In this document: piece by piece, positions 1-10,505 of the stretch
Numbering within the stretch: the stretch's first letter is position 1
How the letters are laid out: each line of letters opens with the position of its first letter
Source: Gammaproteobacteria bacterium RIFCSPHIGHO2_12_FULL_35_23
GTDB lineage: Bacteria > Pseudomonadota > Gammaproteobacteria > UBA12402
Length of the DNA stretch: 64,000 nt
NCBI GenBank assembly: GCA_001801465.1
Contig: MGXT01000020.1
Location: 134,228 to 198,227 of the forward strand
Reading direction: 5' to 3'
Notes under the pieces: model-generated
What the model was told of the DNA's origin: nothing
Database searches by the model: none
The model's input: the letters and a program-made list of their open reading frames with translations, nothing else
Made by a program: the position numbers and the translations under genes

Positions 1-1399
1 TAAAACAGCTCCTGGTCCAACTGAAGCAAAAGAACGACTACTAGCTAAAGTCTGGCTAGCTGAAGCAGTTAGTAAGTTGTGTAAAGAATCTAGTGTACAA
101 ATGACTAGGCCCGATTATATTGGTGAACAATATGGCGCTAAGCTAGAAGGCTATTATTTATCTCCTATGCAAGCACAAGCTATTTTGGAATTAAGATTAC
201 ATCGTTTAACAGGATTAGAACAAGATAAAATCTTTGCAGAATATCGAGAACTGTTACAAAAATTAATTGAGTTAAATGAGATTTTAGCTAATGTTTCGCG
301 TTTGTATACTGTCATTAGAGCCGAATTGGAAGAAATTAAACAGCAGTTTAGTGATAATCGACGAACAGAAATTATTGCCAGCCAGCAAGATTTAACCGTT
401 GAAGATTTAATTACTGAAGAAGATCTAGTAGTCACTTTATCACAAGAAGGCTATATCAAAGCACAGCCAGTAAGCCTTTATCAGGCCCAGCATCGTGGCG
501 GTAGAGGTAAGCAGGCTACCAGTGTAAAAGACAATGATTTTATTGTTAAATTGGTCATTGCTAATTCTCATGATACGGTTTTATGTTTTTCTAGTATCGG
601 TAAAGTTTATTGGTTGAAAGTCTATCAATTTCCACAAGCAGGACGTAATTCCCGTGGTAAGCCGATTGTAAACTTACTTCCCCTAGCTGAAGGTGAAAAA
701 ATTAATGCTATTTTGCCTGTTCACGAATATCTAGCTAATAATTATGTAGTGATGGCTACTTCAAAAGGCACAATTAAAAAAGTTGCCTTAGAACAATTTT
801 CACGACCTAGAGCTAACGGTATTATTGCGATTGAATTATTAGAAGATGATCAATTAGTTGGGGTGGCTTTGACAGATGGTACTCGAGATATTATGTTGTT
901 TACAGATACGGGTAAGGTAATTCGTTTTAAAGAAGATAACGTTCGTCCTATGGGTAGAACGGCTCGAGGGGTCCGTGGAGTAAAGCTACAAATGGATCAA
1001 CGTGTGATAGCTCTTATTATTGCTGAGGTGAATGGAGCAATTTTAACTACCACCGAAAATGGTTATGGAAAACGAACTGGTATAGAAGAATATCGTGTAA
1101 CAGGCCGAGGTGGGCAAGGTGTTATCTCTATTCAGGTCAGTGAACGAAATGGTAAGGTAGTCGGGGCAGTACAAGTTTTGGAAAATGATGAGGTGATGTT
1201 AATTACTAGCGGGGGTACGTTAGTGCGTACCTATGCGAATCAAATTTCTTTAGTAGGCCGCAATACGCAAGGTGTGCGCTTAATTAATTTGTCCGAAAGT
1301 GAAAAATTAATTGGGTTGGGTCGTATTGAAGAGATCGTAGCTGAAGAAGCAATGTTATCTGAGGAATCAAATTTAATTTCGGGAGATGAAGTTTTATAA
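1..1399 (+). CDS. gyrA: DNA gyrase subunit A, 5'-partial (frame is open back to the window edge)
   Basis: QAQAILELRLHRLTGLE, GyrA-box QHRGGRG and C-terminal pinwheel repeats (GRTARGVRG, GRGGQGV, GRNTQGVRL). Confidence 0.98.
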   Translation, partial: KTAPGPTEAKERLLAKVWLAEAVSKLCKESSVQMTRPDYIGEQYGAKLEGYYLSPMQAQAILELRLHRLTGLEQDKIFAEYRELLQKLIELNEILANVSRLYTVIRAELEEIKQQFSDNRRTEIIASQQDLTVEDLITEEDLVVTLSQEGYIKAQPVSLYQAQHRGGRGKQATSVKDNDFIVKLVIANSHDTVLCFSSIGKVYWLKVYQFPQAGRNSRGKPIVNLLPLAEGEKINAILPVHEYLANNYVVMATSKGTIKKVALEQFSRPRANGIIAIELLEDDQLVGVALTDGTRDIMLFTDTGKVIRFKEDNVRPMGRTARGVRGVKLQMDQRVIALIIAEVNGAILTTTENGYGKRTGIEEYRVTGRGGQGVISIQVSERNGKVVGAVQVLENDEVMLITSGGTLVRTYANQISLVGRNTQGVRLINLSESEKLIGLGRIEEIVAEEAMLSEESNLISGDEVL

Positions 1400-1443
1400 T
1401 TTATAAAACTTATCTATTCAAGCATGTAAATTAGGGTATTGTC

Positions 1444-2523
1444 ATGTCTGTATTTAATTTTGGAGCTGGGCCAGCCATGTTGCCTATCCCGGTGCGTGAT
1501 AGGGTCAAAGAGGAATGGCTAAATTGGCGGGGGTTAGGTACTTCAGTCGCTGAAATTGGTCATCGTACAGAAATATTTCGTCAGGCGATGGTCAAAATAG
1601 AAAATGATTTAAGAGAGCTATTAGCAATTCCTAATAACTATAAGGTATTGTTTTTACAGGGAGGTGGCCAAGGGCAATTTGCTTTAGTTCCCATGAACCT
1701 GTTAGGTAAAAACCCAGCAGCTGATTATTTAATTTATGGCTTATGGTCAGAAAAGGCTTATCAAGAAGCAGAAAGATATGGAGCGATAAAAGCAATAAAT
1801 TTATGTAACGATACACCTCCTTTTACTTTATTGTCGCAAGCTGCATGGCAGCCTAATAATAAAGCTGCTTATTTACACTATTGTAGTAATGAAACAGTAG
1901 ATGGTATTAAACTAAACTATATTCCTCAAAGTCAAGCCCCTTTAGCTGTTGATATGTCTTCTGATATTTTATCCGAGCCTATTGATATTAACCGTTATGG
2001 GATTATTTATGCTTGTGCACAAAAAAACGCAGGGATTACTGGTATTACTATCGTTATTATCAGAGAAGATTTGCTAGAGCAAGCCATGCCATTAACGCCT
2101 AGTGTATTTAACTATAAAAAGCAAGCTATTGAACATTCACTTTATAATACTGTTCCTACTTTTCCTTGTTATATTGCTGGCTTGGTATTTGAATGGATGA
2201 AAGCAGAAGGTGGGTTAACTGCCATAGCTTCTCGTAACCAAGAAAAAGCTGCTCGTTTATATAACGTTATTGATTCCATGTCAGATTTTTATTTTAATAA
2301 AGTTGCTAAGCCTTATCGATCTATTATGAATGTAACTTTTTTTCTCAAAAATATTGCGCTTGAAAAAGAATTTATAGTGGGCGCTGAAGCTGCTGGGTTA
2401 ATGTATTTACAAGGCCATAGAACTCGAGGAGGTTTTCGGGCTAGTATTTATAATGCTATGCCTGAAGAAGGGATAAATCGCCTGATAGAGTTTATGAGGG
2501 AGTTTGCTAAAAGAAAGAGATAA
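1444..2523 (+). CDS. serC: phosphoserine aminotransferase
   Basis: FNFGAGPAMLP, DMSSD, ACAQKNAG (PLP lysine), GHR..GGFRASIYNA; follows gyrA. Confidence 0.97.
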   Translation: MSVFNFGAGPAMLPIPVRDRVKEEWLNWRGLGTSVAEIGHRTEIFRQAMVKIENDLRELLAIPNNYKVLFLQGGGQGQFALVPMNLLGKNPAADYLIYGLWSEKAYQEAERYGAIKAINLCNDTPPFTLLSQAAWQPNNKAAYLHYCSNETVDGIKLNYIPQSQAPLAVDMSSDILSEPIDINRYGIIYACAQKNAGITGITIVIIREDLLEQAMPLTPSVFNYKKQAIEHSLYNTVPTFPCYIAGLVFEWMKAEGGLTAIASRNQEKAARLYNVIDSMSDFYFNKVAKPYRSIMNVTFFLKNIALEKEFIVGAEAAGLMYLQGHRTRGGFRASIYNAMPEEGINRLIEFMREFAKRKR

Positions 2524-2526
2524 TAT

Positions 2527-2940
2527 ATGAGAACAAGTGAAACAGGGAGGTTAACAGCTCTAAAAGTGCTGGGTTTGGCAGGCATTGACTATCGTGAAAA
2601 TGCAACAGCTCATTATTGGGGGCGGTTTTTTACTTGGCCAATGCTTACTATGGCATTCTGGCTAATTATTCAATGGTTTTTAGAAGATCATCAAGTTATT
2701 TCCCCTGAGTTGAGTAATTTATTAAGTTGGTTGATTTGGTTTGCTTTTGTTTGTGAAACTACTATTTTAACTTATGTAGTAGATAATAAATTTCGTTATC
2801 TGCGTGATAATTGGATGAATTTGTTTATTATTGCTTCAGCCATCCCTGTTGTGTGGGGGGTGATGCCTATGACAGTGATGCTAAGAACACTAAGAATTAT
2901 TATTATTCCAAAATTAATTATTCATTGGTGGCGGCATTAG
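2527..2940 (+). CDS. voltage-sensor-like (S1-S4) part of an ion-channel family protein, no pore domain; stand-alone or truncated
   Basis: four hydrophobic segments; S2-like WFAFVCE, S3-like YLRDNWMNL, S4-like LRTLR..K; no TVGYG filter before the stop or downstream. Confidence 0.65.
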   Translation: MRTSETGRLTALKVLGLAGIDYRENATAHYWGRFFTWPMLTMAFWLIIQWFLEDHQVISPELSNLLSWLIWFAFVCETTILTYVVDNKFRYLRDNWMNLFIIASAIPVVWGVMPMTVMLRTLRIIIIPKLIIHWWRH

Positions 2941-3039
2941 GTATTGCTTATTTTATAGGACTATTTAGCATGGCCCATAGCTTTCATTATTAAGTATACC
3001 TGTTTATAATTCCCCAACTTTAATTAAGGAGACAGCGCT

Positions 3040-3741
3040 TTGAATAAACTTCCACCAGTTATAGCAATTGATGGGCCAAGTGGTGTAGGAAAAGGAACTA
3101 TAGGACGTTTATTAGCTCAAAATTTAAACTGGCATTTCTTAGATAGTGGTGCTTTATATAGAGTCTTATCTTTGGCTGCCCAGCAACATGATGTGGCTTT
3201 AGATAATGAGCAGGCTTTAGAAGTATTGGCGGCACATTTGGATGTTCAATTTAAAACCGAGAAAATGGGAGTGCGGGCTAGGGTGATTTTAGAGGGTGTA
3301 GATGTCACAGATGTCATTCGCACTGAATTACAAGGTACGGCAGCCTCTAAGGTCTCACAATTTTTAGGTGTTCGTAACGCTTTGTTAAATAGGCAAAAAG
3401 ATTTTAGACAAGCGCCTGGATTGGTCGCTGAAGGGCGTGATATGGGGACAGTAGTTTTCCCAGATGCAGAGCTAAAATTATTTCTTATTGCGAGTGCTGA
3501 GGAACGGGCTGAACGTCGTTATAGGCAGTTGAAAGAAAAAGGGTTAAATGTTAAACTCGCTGACCTTGTTATTGAGATTGCTGAACGTGATTTACGGGAT
3601 CAATCTCGAGCGGTAGCGCCATTGAAGCCAGCAGCTGATTCGGTGCTGCTTGATACGACAGGCCTTAATATTGATGAGGTCATGATTCGTGTGAAAGCAG
3701 AAGTTGAGCGGAAGCTGGGTTTTGAAGTAGTTAGCCTCTAG
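3040..3741 (+). CDS. cmk: cytidylate kinase
   Basis: IAIDGPSGVGKGT P-loop, LDSGALYR, EGRDMGTVVFPDA; TTG start after AAGGAG. Confidence 0.97.
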   Translation: MNKLPPVIAIDGPSGVGKGTIGRLLAQNLNWHFLDSGALYRVLSLAAQQHDVALDNEQALEVLAAHLDVQFKTEKMGVRARVILEGVDVTDVIRTELQGTAASKVSQFLGVRNALLNRQKDFRQAPGLVAEGRDMGTVVFPDAELKLFLIASAEERAERRYRQLKEKGLNVKLADLVIEIAERDLRDQSRAVAPLKPAADSVLLDTTGLNIDEVMIRVKAEVERKLGFEVVSL

Positions 3742-3904
3742 GTTTGGTAATTTCTATCGATCTTAGTAGCAACTAAATTCTTTGTTGTTACTTCCTTTAA
3801 CAAGAATGGGTGCTTGCTAATAATTAGCAAGCAATTGTTTTAATCAACAAAATCACTACCTAATAAGTAGTGGCAGACATAGTCTGTTTTAAAGGTTAAT
3901 TTTT

Positions 3905-5578
3905 ATGACTCAAATGAAAGAAAGTTTTGCTGAATTGTTTGAACAAAGTTCAATGTACAAACGTATGCGTGCGGGGGATGTATTAAAAGGAATTGTTGAA
4001 AAAATTGGTAAAGATTATATTGCTGTTAATGTAGGTTTAAAATCTGAAGGAATAGTTCCAACAGCACAATTTATGGATGACAATAACGAATTAGAGGTTA
4101 AAGTTGGTGATCAAATAGATGTTGTGGTGGAAGCTGTTGAAGATGGTAGTGGTGAAACCCGCTTATCACGTGAAAAAGCAAAACGAGCAGCTGCATGGAT
4201 TAACCTTGAAAAAATTTATGAGTCAAGCACGCCAGTAATGGGGTTGATAACAGGTAAAGTTAAAGGCGGCTTTACTGTAGAAGTGCAAGGAGTTAGAGCC
4301 TTTTTACCAGGTTCATTAGTTGATGTAAGACCTGTTCGGGATACTTCTTATATCGAAGGTAAAAAATTAGAGTTTAAAGTAATCAAAATGGATCACAAAC
4401 GTAATAACGTAGTCGTTTCTCGTCGTGCTGTTGTTGAACAAGAAATGGCAAGTGAACGAACTGGCGTCTTGGAAAATATGGAAGAAGGCCAAATAATTAA
4501 AGGAATTGTTAAAAATTTAACTGATTATGGTGCGTTCGTTGATTTAGGCGGTGTGGATGGCTTATTGCATATTACCGATATGTCTTGGAAGCGTATTAAA
4601 CATCCAAGTGAAATTATTAATATTGGTGATGAAATTGATGTAAGAATTTTAAAATTTGATCGTGAAAAGGGCCGAGTTTCTTTAGGTTTAAAACAATTAG
4701 GTGATGATCCATGGGCTGATTTTGCCGAACGCTATCCTTCGGGCAAAGTGATATCAGGTCATGTTACCAATATTACTGACTATGGTTGCTTTGTTGAAAT
4801 TGAACCAGGTATAGAAGGCTTAGTTCATATGTCTGAGATGGACTGGACTAATAAGAATATTCATCCTAATAAAGTTGTACAACTTGGTGATGAAGTTGAA
4901 GCAATGATATTAGAAGTGAATGAAGAGCGTAGACGTATTTCATTAGGAATGAAGCAATGTCAACCTAATCCTTGGCAGGCATTTGCCAGTGCCCACAAAG
5001 TCGGAGAAAAAGTAAAAGGAGCAATTAAGTCTATTACTGATTTTGGTGTCTTTATTGGGCTTACAGGTAATATTGATGGCTTAATTCATCTTTCTGACAT
5101 TTCTTCAGAAGCTGCTCAAGGAGAGGCGATGGCCCATGATTATAAGAAAGGCCAAGAAATCGAAGCAGTTATTTTATCAATTGATGCAGAGCGTGAACGT
5201 ATTGCGCTGGGTGTTAAACAACTAGGTATGGATACTTTTGATTTGTTTGTTGATACGCTTGCTAAATCTGGCAATGTTAAAGGTAAAGTTATTGCGGTTG
5301 ATAGCGAAGGAGTGCGTGTTGAATTAGCGCCAGAAGTATTAGGTATGATTCTTGCTACTGAAGTAGAAGGCGAGCCTAAAGCTGGTGAGGAAATCTTAGT
5401 GCGTATAACGGGTGTTGATAAGAGCGCTAAGCAAGTACAACTTTCAATGAAATCACCTGCTAAAAAAGCTAAAGTTAAAAAAGCTGAAACTAGCGAAAAC
5501 AAAGAAGCTAAGAAAACTACATTAGGTGACCTTATTCGCGCTAAAATGGAAGAAGGTGGCGGTCAAGAGAACGAGTAA
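3905..5578 (+). CDS. rpsA: 30S ribosomal protein S1
   Basis: ESFAELFE, repeated S1 domains ([26 protein letters not shown]); follows cmk. Confidence 0.98.
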   Translation: MTQMKESFAELFEQSSMYKRMRAGDVLKGIVEKIGKDYIAVNVGLKSEGIVPTAQFMDDNNELEVKVGDQIDVVVEAVEDGSGETRLSREKAKRAAAWINLEKIYESSTPVMGLITGKVKGGFTVEVQGVRAFLPGSLVDVRPVRDTSYIEGKKLEFKVIKMDHKRNNVVVSRRAVVEQEMASERTGVLENMEEGQIIKGIVKNLTDYGAFVDLGGVDGLLHITDMSWKRIKHPSEIINIGDEIDVRILKFDREKGRVSLGLKQLGDDPWADFAERYPSGKVISGHVTNITDYGCFVEIEPGIEGLVHMSEMDWTNKNIHPNKVVQLGDEVEAMILEVNEERRRISLGMKQCQPNPWQAFASAHKVGEKVKGAIKSITDFGVFIGLTGNIDGLIHLSDISSEAAQGEAMAHDYKKGQEIEAVILSIDAERERIALGVKQLGMDTFDLFVDTLAKSGNVKGKVIAVDSEGVRVELAPEVLGMILATEVEGEPKAGEEILVRITGVDKSAKQVQLSMKSPAKKAKVKKAETSENKEAKKTTLGDLIRAKMEEGGGQENE

Positions 5579-5608
5579 TCTTAATGTGTGTTATAAAGTA
5601 ATAATGTC

Positions 5609-5637
5609 AAAAAGGCATGAGAAACTCATGCCTTTTT
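5609..5637. terminator. intrinsic terminator after rpsA
   Basis: AAAAAGGCATGAG-AAA-CTCATGCCTTTTT perfect hairpin with A/T tails. Confidence 0.85.
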
Positions 5638-5656
5638 GCTTATCTGGAGCATAATT

Positions 5657-7000
5657 ATGGCTGATAAACGCAAGTACTTTGGAACGGATGGTATTCGAGG
5701 TAAAGTGGGAGAGTTTCCTATTAAACCTGATTTTGTATTAAAGTTAGGTTGGGCGATGGGCCATGTTTTAGCGAAAGAGGTAACAGGTGGTAAGGTCTTA
5801 ATCGGTAAGGATACAAGAATCTCTGGCTACATGTTTGAATCTGCGTTAGAGGCTGGATTAGTTGCTGCTGGAATCGATATCGAGTTAGCGGGTCCTATGC
5901 CTACTCCTGCAATAGCTTATTTAACTCGTACTCTACGAGCACGGCTAGGTATTGTTATAAGTGCTTCACATAATCCTTATTTCGATAATGGCATTAAGCT
6001 TTTTTCTCGTGAAGGGTTTAAGTTGCCGGACGAAGTAGAGCTAGCTATAGAAAGCGCGCTTGACAAAGAGATGACAATGGTGAAATCAGATAGCTTGGGT
6101 AAAGCCAACCGGGTTGCTGATGCAGTCGGTCGTTATATAGAATTTTGTAAAAGTACAATTAAAAATGAAGTTAATCTAAAGGGTTTAAAAATTGTAGTCG
6201 ATTGTGCTAATGGAGCTACCTATCATATAGCCCCTGCAGTTTTTCGAGAGCTGGGAGCTGAGGTAGTAGAGTTGGCCGTAAACCCTGATGGCTTTAATAT
6301 TAACGCAGGTTGCGGTGCTACTGATTTAAAAATGTTAACTCGAATAGTTTTGGCTGAAGAGGCTGATTTAGGGATAGCCTTTGATGGTGATGGCGACAGA
6401 GTAATGATGGTTGATCACAAAGGGGAAATAGTAGATGGTGATGAGCTATTGTTTATTATTACTCGTCAGTGCCATCAGCGTCATCCTGTTATTGGCGTAG
6501 TCGGGACTGCAATGAGCAATTTGGGGCTTGAAATTGCCTTAAAAAGTATGGGAATTAAATTTGTTAGAGCTCAAATTGGCGATCGTTATGTCATGATGGA
6601 ATTAAAACAACTAGGTTGGTTATTGGGTGGAGAGGGCTCTGGTCATATTATTAATCTGGATAAAACTACGACAGGGGATGGTATCGTTTCTGCTCTACAG
6701 GTTGTACAAGCCTTGTTTTATAATAATAAAACCCTCCATGAGTTAAAGCTGGGGATGCATAAATTTCCTCAAGTGCTTATTAATGTACCGGTCAAAAGAA
6801 AAATAGATCTGTTTCAAGAGCCAAAAGTAAAATTTGCTTTAACTTCTGTTGAGGAGCGTTTATCAGGGACGGGTAGAGTATTGTTGCGAGCTTCTGGTAC
6901 CGAGCCGCTTATTCGCATCATGGTCGAAGGTGAAGACGCTATGATTATCCAAGCAGCAGCAGAAGAGTTAGCAGAAATCGTTACTAAAGTAAGTGAGTAA
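5657..7000 (+). CDS. glmM: phosphoglucosamine mutase
   Basis: [19 protein letters not shown] phosphoserine motif, DGDGDR, RASGTEP; ATG 5657 after GGAG preferred over TTG 5636. Confidence 0.97.
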   Translation: MADKRKYFGTDGIRGKVGEFPIKPDFVLKLGWAMGHVLAKEVTGGKVLIGKDTRISGYMFESALEAGLVAAGIDIELAGPMPTPAIAYLTRTLRARLGIVISASHNPYFDNGIKLFSREGFKLPDEVELAIESALDKEMTMVKSDSLGKANRVADAVGRYIEFCKSTIKNEVNLKGLKIVVDCANGATYHIAPAVFRELGAEVVELAVNPDGFNINAGCGATDLKMLTRIVLAEEADLGIAFDGDGDRVMMVDHKGEIVDGDELLFIITRQCHQRHPVIGVVGTAMSNLGLEIALKSMGIKFVRAQIGDRYVMMELKQLGWLLGGEGSGHIINLDKTTTGDGIVSALQVVQALFYNNKTLHELKLGMHKFPQVLINVPVKRKIDLFQEPKVKFALTSVEERLSGTGRVLLRASGTEPLIRIMVEGEDAMIIQAAAEELAEIVTKVSE

Positions 7001-7017
7001 ATAGGCTTAAATGAAAT

Positions 7018-7049
7018 AAAAAAACCCCTGCATTAAGCAGGGTTTTTTT
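7018..7049. terminator. bidirectional intrinsic terminator between convergent glmM and HU-like gene
   Basis: A7-CCCCTGC-ATTAA-GCAGGG-T7. Confidence 0.85.
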
Positions 7050-7065
7050 ATAATTAGGATGACTA

Positions 7066-7548
7066 TTAGCCAGCCATATTTTTAAGTTGTTTCAATGCAG
7101 AAACTTTAACGGATCGATAAGCTGGTTTAGCTTTGATCATGATTTCTTCACCAGTAAATGGATTGATACCTTTACGGGCTTTACGAGCTGGTTTATTGAC
7201 AACTTTTGCGTTAACAAGACCGGCTAATTTGAATTGACCTACGCCACCTTTTTTTAAGTGAGCATGGATAATGTTAGTAAATGCATCAAATATAGCATTT
7301 ACATGTTTTTTAGAAACGCCAGTATGATCGGCAATCGCAGAATAAAGTTGTGATTTTGTGAAAGCCTTATCTTTTACTAACGTAATTTTTTTAGCTTTAG
7401 GAGCTACAGCTTTTTTAGCGGTTTTTGTAGCTTTAGCTACCTTTCGCGCTCTTTTAGCAGGTTTTTTAGCAGCCTTCTTGGCAACTGGTTTCTTAGCAGC
7501 TGTTTTTTTTGCAGCTGGTTTCTTAGTAGCAGATTTTTTTGCAGCCAT
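7066..7548 (-). CDS. HU-family DNA-binding protein with N-terminal Lys/Ala/Pro-rich histone-H1-like tail
   Basis: ~55 aa of AAKK/PAKK repeats, then HU fold (TKSQLYSAIA..TGVSKK; KPARKARKGINPFTGEEIMIKAKPA). Confidence 0.9.
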   Translation of the reverse strand: MAAKKSATKKPAAKKTAAKKPVAKKAAKKPAKRARKVAKATKTAKKAVAPKAKKITLVKDKAFTKSQLYSAIADHTGVSKKHVNAIFDAFTNIIHAHLKKGGVGQFKLAGLVNAKVVNKPARKARKGINPFTGEEIMIKAKPAYRSVKVSALKQLKNMAG

Positions 7549-7882
7549 TTATTCATCCCTCATGTTGATTTAAAAAACAAAAAAACTACCAGGCAAACGA
7601 TAACACAATTCTAATTTTTTGGTAGAGTTTTTATTAAAAACTAATACTTTTTTTATAAAAAAATCTATTCTTACCCCTCTTTTAGGTCTTTTTAGCCCAT
7701 TTTTAAGGAAATTTATAATCAAAATAGAAATAACACTTGCCTGAATAAGACAAAAGTTCACGGTTTTAAATGACAGTAATAAGTAAAAAATAGGCTAGTT
7801 AAACAGAAAAAAGTAACTATGGTTATTAAAGGAATAGCCTATTATTCACTCATTTTGAGTGTTATAATGAAGCATTTCAACT

Positions 7883-8191
7883 ATGGATAAAGAAACTGTG
7901 CGATATATAGGATATTTAATAGTAATAGTATTATTAATAGTAGGAATCTCTTTTGCAATATTAAATTCAGAAGCGGTACCGGTTAATTACTATATTGCTA
8001 CCAAGCACGTTCCTCTATCCTTATTAATGGTTATTTGTTTTGGAATAGGTGTAATAATAGGGATATTAATTTTATTCTTGAAGATGGTACGGTTGCGGAT
8101 TCATAATAGATTATTACGACGACAAGTGAGTAAGTTAAAACAAGAAGTAGAAGCGAATTGTAATATGAATAAAGGAAGTTGCAGTGAATAG
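7883..8191 (+). CDS. lapA: lipopolysaccharide assembly protein A
   Basis: two TM helices, FAILNSEAVPVNYY...VPLSLL, basic coiled-coil tail; overlaps lapB start. Confidence 0.88.
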   Translation: MDKETVRYIGYLIVIVLLIVGISFAILNSEAVPVNYYIATKHVPLSLLMVICFGIGVIIGILILFLKMVRLRIHNRLLRRQVSKLKQEVEANCNMNKGSCSE

Positions 8192-9359
8192 TCTATGGTT
8201 ATTATTATTACCGGTAGCAGCAACATTTGGTTATGTAAGTTCGACCTATAAGCGACCTCGCTCAACGCACCAGATGGCTATTAAAAACACTAAACTGCCT
8301 AATAATTATTTAACACAATTAAACTTTTTGTTAAATGAGCAACCTGATAAAGCGGTTGATTTATTTGTTAAGCTGTTAAATGTTGATAATGAGACAATTG
8401 AAACCCATTTGGCACTTGGAAATCTATTTAGACGTCGAGGTGAAGTGGATCGGGCAATTCGTATCCATCAAAATCTAATTGGGCAGTCTCAGTTAAATCA
8501 AGAATTCAGAGCACAGGCTCTCTATGCTTTGGCTAAGGACTATTTGAGTGCAGGGGTATTAGATAGAGCAGAGCGCCTTTTTTTGGAATTAGTTGAGCTG
8601 AGTACCCATAGTAAAGTTAGTTACAGAGCGTTACTGTATATCTATCAACAAGAAAAAGATTGGCAAAAAGCGATTGTTATTGCACAAAAGCTTGCAGCAA
8701 TTTCTGAGCATAATATGCAAGTTGAAATTGCTCAATATTATTGTGAGTTAGCAGAGATAGCAGTAAAGCAAAATGATGAAAATCAAGCACGCAAATTTTT
8801 AAAACGCGCTATTGCTGTCAATCATAATTGTGTTCGAGCCAGTTTACGCCTAGCTAATATAGAAATGCAAAAAGAAAATTGGGGTAAGGCTTTATACTAT
8901 TTGAAACGAGTAAAAAATCAAAATTCTGACTGGTTGATCTTGGTCATAGCCAAAATACAGGATGCTTATTTGGCTTTAAATCAACCAGAAGAGTTAGTTG
9001 AATATTTACAAGAAGTATTGACGAATCATCCGCAAATGCCAATTGTTGTTACTTTATCAGAGCAAATTAGGCAGCTGCATGGCGATAAAGCTGCTTTGTT
9101 ATTTGTTGAAGAATATGTAAAAAATAACCCTACGGTTTCAGGCCTACATGATTTATTAAGTTTACAATTGCTTACCAAAAATAGCCAAGTGCGCGAAGAT
9201 CTTGAACTACTGCATGAATTAACGCGACGTTTATTACAAAATCAAAGTGGATATCATTGTGTTAATTGTGGGTTTAATGGCGCTACAATTCATTGGCAAT
9301 GTCCTAGCTGTAAGCAATGGGAAACAGTCAAGCCCGCTTTTTTAATTCATGATGCCTAA
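8184..9359 (+). CDS. lapB: lipopolysaccharide assembly protein B
   Basis: NFLLNEQPDKAVD, ETHLALGNLFRRRGEVDRAIRIHQNL, TPRs, C-terminal rubredoxin CxxCG...WQCPSCKQW. Confidence 0.97.
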   Translation: MNSLWLLLLPVAATFGYVSSTYKRPRSTHQMAIKNTKLPNNYLTQLNFLLNEQPDKAVDLFVKLLNVDNETIETHLALGNLFRRRGEVDRAIRIHQNLIGQSQLNQEFRAQALYALAKDYLSAGVLDRAERLFLELVELSTHSKVSYRALLYIYQQEKDWQKAIVIAQKLAAISEHNMQVEIAQYYCELAEIAVKQNDENQARKFLKRAIAVNHNCVRASLRLANIEMQKENWGKALYYLKRVKNQNSDWLILVIAKIQDAYLALNQPEELVEYLQEVLTNHPQMPIVVTLSEQIRQLHGDKAALLFVEEYVKNNPTVSGLHDLLSLQLLTKNSQVREDLELLHELTRRLLQNQSGYHCVNCGFNGATIHWQCPSCKQWETVKPAFLIHDA

Positions 9360-10323
9360 CAGAATTATTAATCGTAAAATTTCTATTGCGCCAATGTTGG
9401 ACTGGAGTGATCGACATTATCGTTTTTTTGTTAGACTGCTTTCTAAAGAGGTATTAGTCTATACTGAAATGATCACCACGGGGGCTATTTTACATAATGA
9501 TCTTAAGCGGTTTTTATACTTTCATCCTGTTGAACATCCAATTGCTTTGCAGCTAGGGGGCAGTGTTCCCAAGGAGCTAATGGAATGTAGTAAAATTGCT
9601 GAACAATTTGGTTATGATGAAATTAACCTTAATGTGGGTTGTCCAAGTGGTCGTGTGCAATCAGGTAGATTTGGTGCTTGCCTTATGGCTTATCCGGGGT
9701 TGGTTGCAGATTGTATTGCAGCTATGAATTCAGTCGTGTCGATTCCAGTGACTGTAAAAACTAGAATTGGTATAGACGATAGAGATTCTTATGAAGATTT
9801 AACGAACTTTGTTAAGACTGTAGCTTCAGCGGGATGTAAGATTTTTATTATTCATGCTCGAAAAGCTTGGTTAAAAGGTTTAAACCCTAAGGAAAATCGC
9901 GAAATTCCACCGCTTCAATATGAAGTCGTTCAGCAGTTAAAAAAAGATTTTCCTGCTTTGCAGATTATTGTGAATGGGGGAATCAAATCGCTCACGGCTA
10001 TCACAGAGCATTTAACCTATGCCGATGGTGTAATGATAGGCCGACAGGCTTATTATCATCCTTATTTTATTGCTCAAATCGAGCAAGCCTTTTTTACAGG
10101 CAAACTTATACCATCTAAGCATGAGGTTATTAAAAGTTTTTTACCTTATATAGAAGCGGCATTAAATTCAGGCGTAAACTTGCAGTCTATCACTAAATCT
10201 ATCTTAGGCTTTTATTCTGGTGAACCAGGTGCTAGAGCTTGGCGACGTTATTTAAGTGAACATACCTATAAAAAAGGGGCTGGTGTAAACATCATTGAAG
10301 AAGCCTTAAAGCTGCTGCGCTAA
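9349..10323 (+). CDS. dusA: tRNA dihydrouridine synthase A
   Basis: SIAPMLDWSDRHYR, NLNVGCPS.RVQSGRFGACLM, HARKAWLKGLNPKENREIPPL. Confidence 0.96.
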   Translation: MMPNRIINRKISIAPMLDWSDRHYRFFVRLLSKEVLVYTEMITTGAILHNDLKRFLYFHPVEHPIALQLGGSVPKELMECSKIAEQFGYDEINLNVGCPSGRVQSGRFGACLMAYPGLVADCIAAMNSVVSIPVTVKTRIGIDDRDSYEDLTNFVKTVASAGCKIFIIHARKAWLKGLNPKENREIPPLQYEVVQQLKKDFPALQIIVNGGIKSLTAITEHLTYADGVMIGRQAYYHPYFIAQIEQAFFTGKLIPSKHEVIKSFLPYIEAALNSGVNLQSITKSILGFYSGEPGARAWRRYLSEHTYKKGAGVNIIEEALKLLR

Positions 10324-10505
10324 ATAATAATGAAAAAACAAATGCTTAGAATAATTTTTAATTGATAGATAGGTTAATAATAAGTTCTGAAAAACTTAAA
10401 TGATTTATATCAAGTCGTCGCTAGCTTCCGAGAAAGAAAACTAGGTTTAAAAGGGTAATTGTGCTAATCTTGCGCTAATTTCAAACAATAATAGAAGAGG
10501 CGATT

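Noticed and set aside
2811..2993. Alternate-frame ORF as a frameshifted continuation (S5) of the channel fragment
   Set aside because: One hydrophobic stretch, then a stop; no pore helix or selectivity filter in any frame before cmk
7358..7573. Hydrophobic 71-aa plus-strand ORF (FLAA repeats)
   Set aside because: Reverse complement of the AAKK repeats of the HU-like gene
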